Of a stretch of DNA of 64,000 bases, positions 61,505 through 64,000 are shown piece after piece. Source of the DNA: Bdellovibrionales bacterium (GTDB taxonomy: Bacteria > Bdellovibrionota > Bdellovibrionia > Bdellovibrionales > JAUICD01); assembly GCA_965262715.1 (NCBI GenBank), contig OZ253553.1:160001-224000 (forward strand), given 5' to 3'. Numbering within the stretch: the stretch's first letter is position 1; each line of letters begins with the position of its first letter. Both the position numbers and the translations under genes were made by a program. Below the pieces are notes generated by a model. The model saw only the letters and a list, made by a program, of their open reading frames with translations, was not told where the DNA came from and ran no database searches.

Positions 61505-62662
61505 TTAAATATTAAGAGCCTTGATAATGTGTTCATGTATTAAAGGACGTAAAGCAACAAACCTTTTGTTTTCAGTATTGGGACACGTTCTATTTGACAG
61601 TAAAACAACAGTAAGATCTTTTATCGGATCAAACCAGAAAGAGGTGCCTGAAAAACCTGTATGTCCAAAAGAGGCTTTTGAAAAATACCTACCGCAACCA
61701 GATATTTTATTTGCTGGATAAGGTTTCATAAAACCTAAAGCAAAGATTTTTTTAGATTGAGTGAATGTTTGAAGAGTTTTTTGGCAAATTGGCTGATTGA
61801 CTTTTCCATAAAAAATATCCCTTAACTTCAATATCCACAAACATGTATCGTTCAAACTACTAAAAAGCCCCGCATGAGGAGCTATCCCGCTCAATGCATA
61901 AGTATTTTCATCGCTCACCTGACCACAAATTTGCTTTTTCCTCCAATTGCAATATTGAGTTGGCGCATAGTTACTTGCTTTGTGTTTTAAAATATTATCA
62001 ATATTGAAGTGAGTTTCTTTTAAATTAAATGCTTCTTGAACTTTTTTCCAAGAAAACAAAAGAGGTCTGCTCTCTAAATATTCTAAAGCCATCCCTAAAA
62101 GTAAAAAACCCACATCACTGTAGACACTTGATATAGGTTTTGAACGAGGTTTTTGAAAAGAAGGTTCAGATCGAATTTTTTTTTGCAACCAAATCCACTT
62201 ATCTTCTCTAGAAAGGTCTTGTGGGATACTCTTAAAGTAAGGTTTCCACCATACTGCTCCAGAAGTGTGATTGAGCAAATATTTAAACTGGTGAGATGAC
62301 TTAAACCATGGGATTGTTTTTTGAATCATATCATTTTCATGAAATATTTTGTTTTCTTTGAGCATCATTAAACGAGTGCTAGTTAGCATAGGTTTTGTGA
62401 TAGAAGCTAAATCATAAAAATGAGCTGTCTTACCATAAGAAAGATCAATGTGTTTTCTTCCCTTATAATAAACTCTTAAAAGAAGACCTGGAGTGGCTCT
62501 TTTTGTCTGCTTTTGGTCTAAAAACTGCAATATAGATTTTTCTAAAATTGTTGATTTCATTTTGCCCCTATATGACAAAGCATTTCCGCCTTTTTTGTAT
62601 TTGAACGAAGTGTACAAGGGGTATTGAAAGGGAGGAATCTTTGAAGACGACCGTGGCCACAA
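61505..62662 (-). CDS. Serine hydrolase, beta-lactamase/class C family; start probably ATG at 62560
   Basis: DLASITK (SxxK), LLNHTSG, YSDVGF, HAGLFS, GHTGFSGT. Confidence 0.88.
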   Translation of the reverse strand: MWPRSSSKIPPFQYPLYTSFKYKKGGNALSYRGKMKSTILEKSILQFLDQKQTKRATPGLLLRVYYKGRKHIDLSYGKTAHFYDLASITKPMLTSTRLMMLKENKIFHENDMIQKTIPWFKSSHQFKYLLNHTSGAVWWKPYFKSIPQDLSREDKWIWLQKKIRSEPSFQKPRSKPISSVYSDVGFLLLGMALEYLESRPLLFSWKKVQEAFNLKETHFNIDNILKHKASNYAPTQYCNWRKKQICGQVSDENTYALSGIAPHAGLFSSLNDTCLWILKLRDIFYGKVNQPICQKTLQTFTQSKKIFALGFMKPYPANKISGCGRYFSKASFGHTGFSGTSFWFDPIKDLTVVLLSNRTCPNTENKRFVALRPLIHEHIIKALNI

Positions 62663-63477
62663 GGTAAGCCTTTAAACACAGGACAGTTGAGAGATGAAAA
62701 AAAATGAAGTAAAATGTGAGACATAAGAGATTGATGCTCTTCTTTATTTAAAAAATCTCCTAAAACAATAGCTTTAACTCCCTGAAATACTCCAGCTAAG
62801 AGAAAGTGGTGTAGCATACGATCTACTCGATAAGCTCTCTCACCAACCTCTTCAAGAAACAAGATTTTATTTTTCGCTTTGACAGGCAAAGCAGTTCCAA
62901 TTATCGATTGTAGAGTCATAAGGTTTCCTCCCATGATAGGAGCCTTGATCATTTGTGTCTTTTTTGCAGGTGCGTTGAGTGGTTTTAAATGTTTATAATG
63001 TAAAGCAGTGGTTTTTCCTTTAAGAATCTCCATAAATTCTTTTCTTTCTCTAGGTGTTTGGTTGAGGCTTCCCAGGCGAGAGAGCATTGGTCCATGTAGG
63101 CTTGGCCAGCCCCATTTTTGATTCACAAAATAATGTAAAATAGAAATATCGCTTGATCCAATGAGTATTTTACAATGCTTAGGTTTTTTCCATTTTATCA
63201 AATATGGTAAAAGATGAAGACAGCCATATCCTCCTCGCAAACACAAAATGGCTTTAGAATCTTTTGCAAAAATAGCCTTTTTAAGGCCGTCTCTTCTAGA
63301 TATAAGATCGCTGGCGTAAATGAGGTCTTTTTTCAAGATGTTTTTTTGTAAACGTACAGTAAAGTCTTGATTTTCTAAGAAAACAACACCTTTTTCTATT
63401 TCAGATCGAAGAGTTGGCCATGCAGGAGCCACAATATCAATCAAATCTCCTTTTTGAAGTGTGTGCCAGAAATTCAA
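62557..63477 (-). CDS. ldcA: LD-carboxypeptidase (S66)
   Basis: IVAPA, RGGYG, GSSDIS, HGPM, GGNL, FLEEVGE..YRVDRML, GHG. Confidence 0.92.
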   Translation of the reverse strand: MNFWHTLQKGDLIDIVAPAWPTLRSEIEKGVVFLENQDFTVRLQKNILKKDLIYASDLISRRDGLKKAIFAKDSKAILCLRGGYGCLHLLPYLIKWKKPKHCKILIGSSDISILHYFVNQKWGWPSLHGPMLSRLGSLNQTPRERKEFMEILKGKTTALHYKHLKPLNAPAKKTQMIKAPIMGGNLMTLQSIIGTALPVKAKNKILFLEEVGERAYRVDRMLHHFLLAGVFQGVKAIVLGDFLNKEEHQSLMSHILLHFFSSLNCPVFKGLPCGHGRLQRFLPFNTPCTLRSNTKKAEMLCHIGAK

Positions 63478-64000
63478 ATGAAGCCTCTAGTAAATAGCCT
63501 AATGAGTAAGAAGATCACACAACCCCAAAGAAAAATAACAAACCATTTCAAGTTTGAGATTTGCTTTTTAAGTAGTTTCATCTGATCTGAGTTCTGATTT
63601 GATTCTTTATTTGTCTTTTCTATGAAATTCATTGTGCCTAATGAATAAGTCAAATTATTTCGTATTTTATAAACAGGTTCAGAAATATTCGCTAGCTCAT
63701 TATTATCTTGTAAATCACCTTCTTTTAAATTAGAAACAGCATTGGAATGATCTAGGTCCTCAGATACAATAGATTTTGTAGGGGAATTAAGAGATTGACT
63801 GTTCTGATGATTTGCCTTTTTACTGTGAATATGAATAAGCCATTCAAGCGCGCGGTAAAAATGTGGAGGAGCCCCTTGTGGAGATTTTGTCCATCTTGTC
63901 CAAGCAGAAGGATTGACTAAAAGTATCTGACAGATCTGCCTACGACTCATACCTAAATTTGTACGGATGCCTTCTAGATCACCTAACCTCTCCTTGATCT
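63474..64000 (-). CDS. HTH-like protein with C-terminal TM anchor (5' end outside window)
   Basis: Frame open to window edge: IKERLGDLEGIRTNLGMSRRQICQILLVNPSAWTRW; hydrophobic C-terminus. Confidence 0.7.
   Translation of the reverse strand, partial: IKERLGDLEGIRTNLGMSRRQICQILLVNPSAWTRWTKSPQGAPPHFYRALEWLIHIHSKKANHQNSQSLNSPTKSIVSEDLDHSNAVSNLKEGDLQDNNELANISEPVYKIRNNLTYSLGTMNFIEKTNKESNQNSDQMKLLKKQISNLKWFVIFLWGCVIFLLIRLFTRGFI

Overview
AT-rich bacterial window. A Bdellovibrionota-like origin is inferred from the gene repertoire (S2P-trpS-scpAB run, CFI-box-CTERM/beta-barrel pair, pilT, rpoN, ldcA-serine hydrolase-mpl). Housekeeping genes (ltaE, folE, hmgA, trpS, scpAB, tolQRA, nusG, secE, fadD, rpoN, birA, murG, ftsW, pilT, uvrC, mpl, ldcA, tRNA-Ser) are interspersed with secreted ankyrin/TPR/low-complexity proteins (several disrupted) and one IS3-family element. 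The most striking signal is intergenic. Nine copies of a ~145-bp non-coding element (family A) share a multi-stem fold kept by many compensatory base changes, with GNRA loops on one strand. These copies nest with other small repeat families (B, C, E) inside remnants bounded by IS5-like terminal inverted repeats, several of which sit on or next to stop codons. All protein calls are by motif recognition only; no searches were run.
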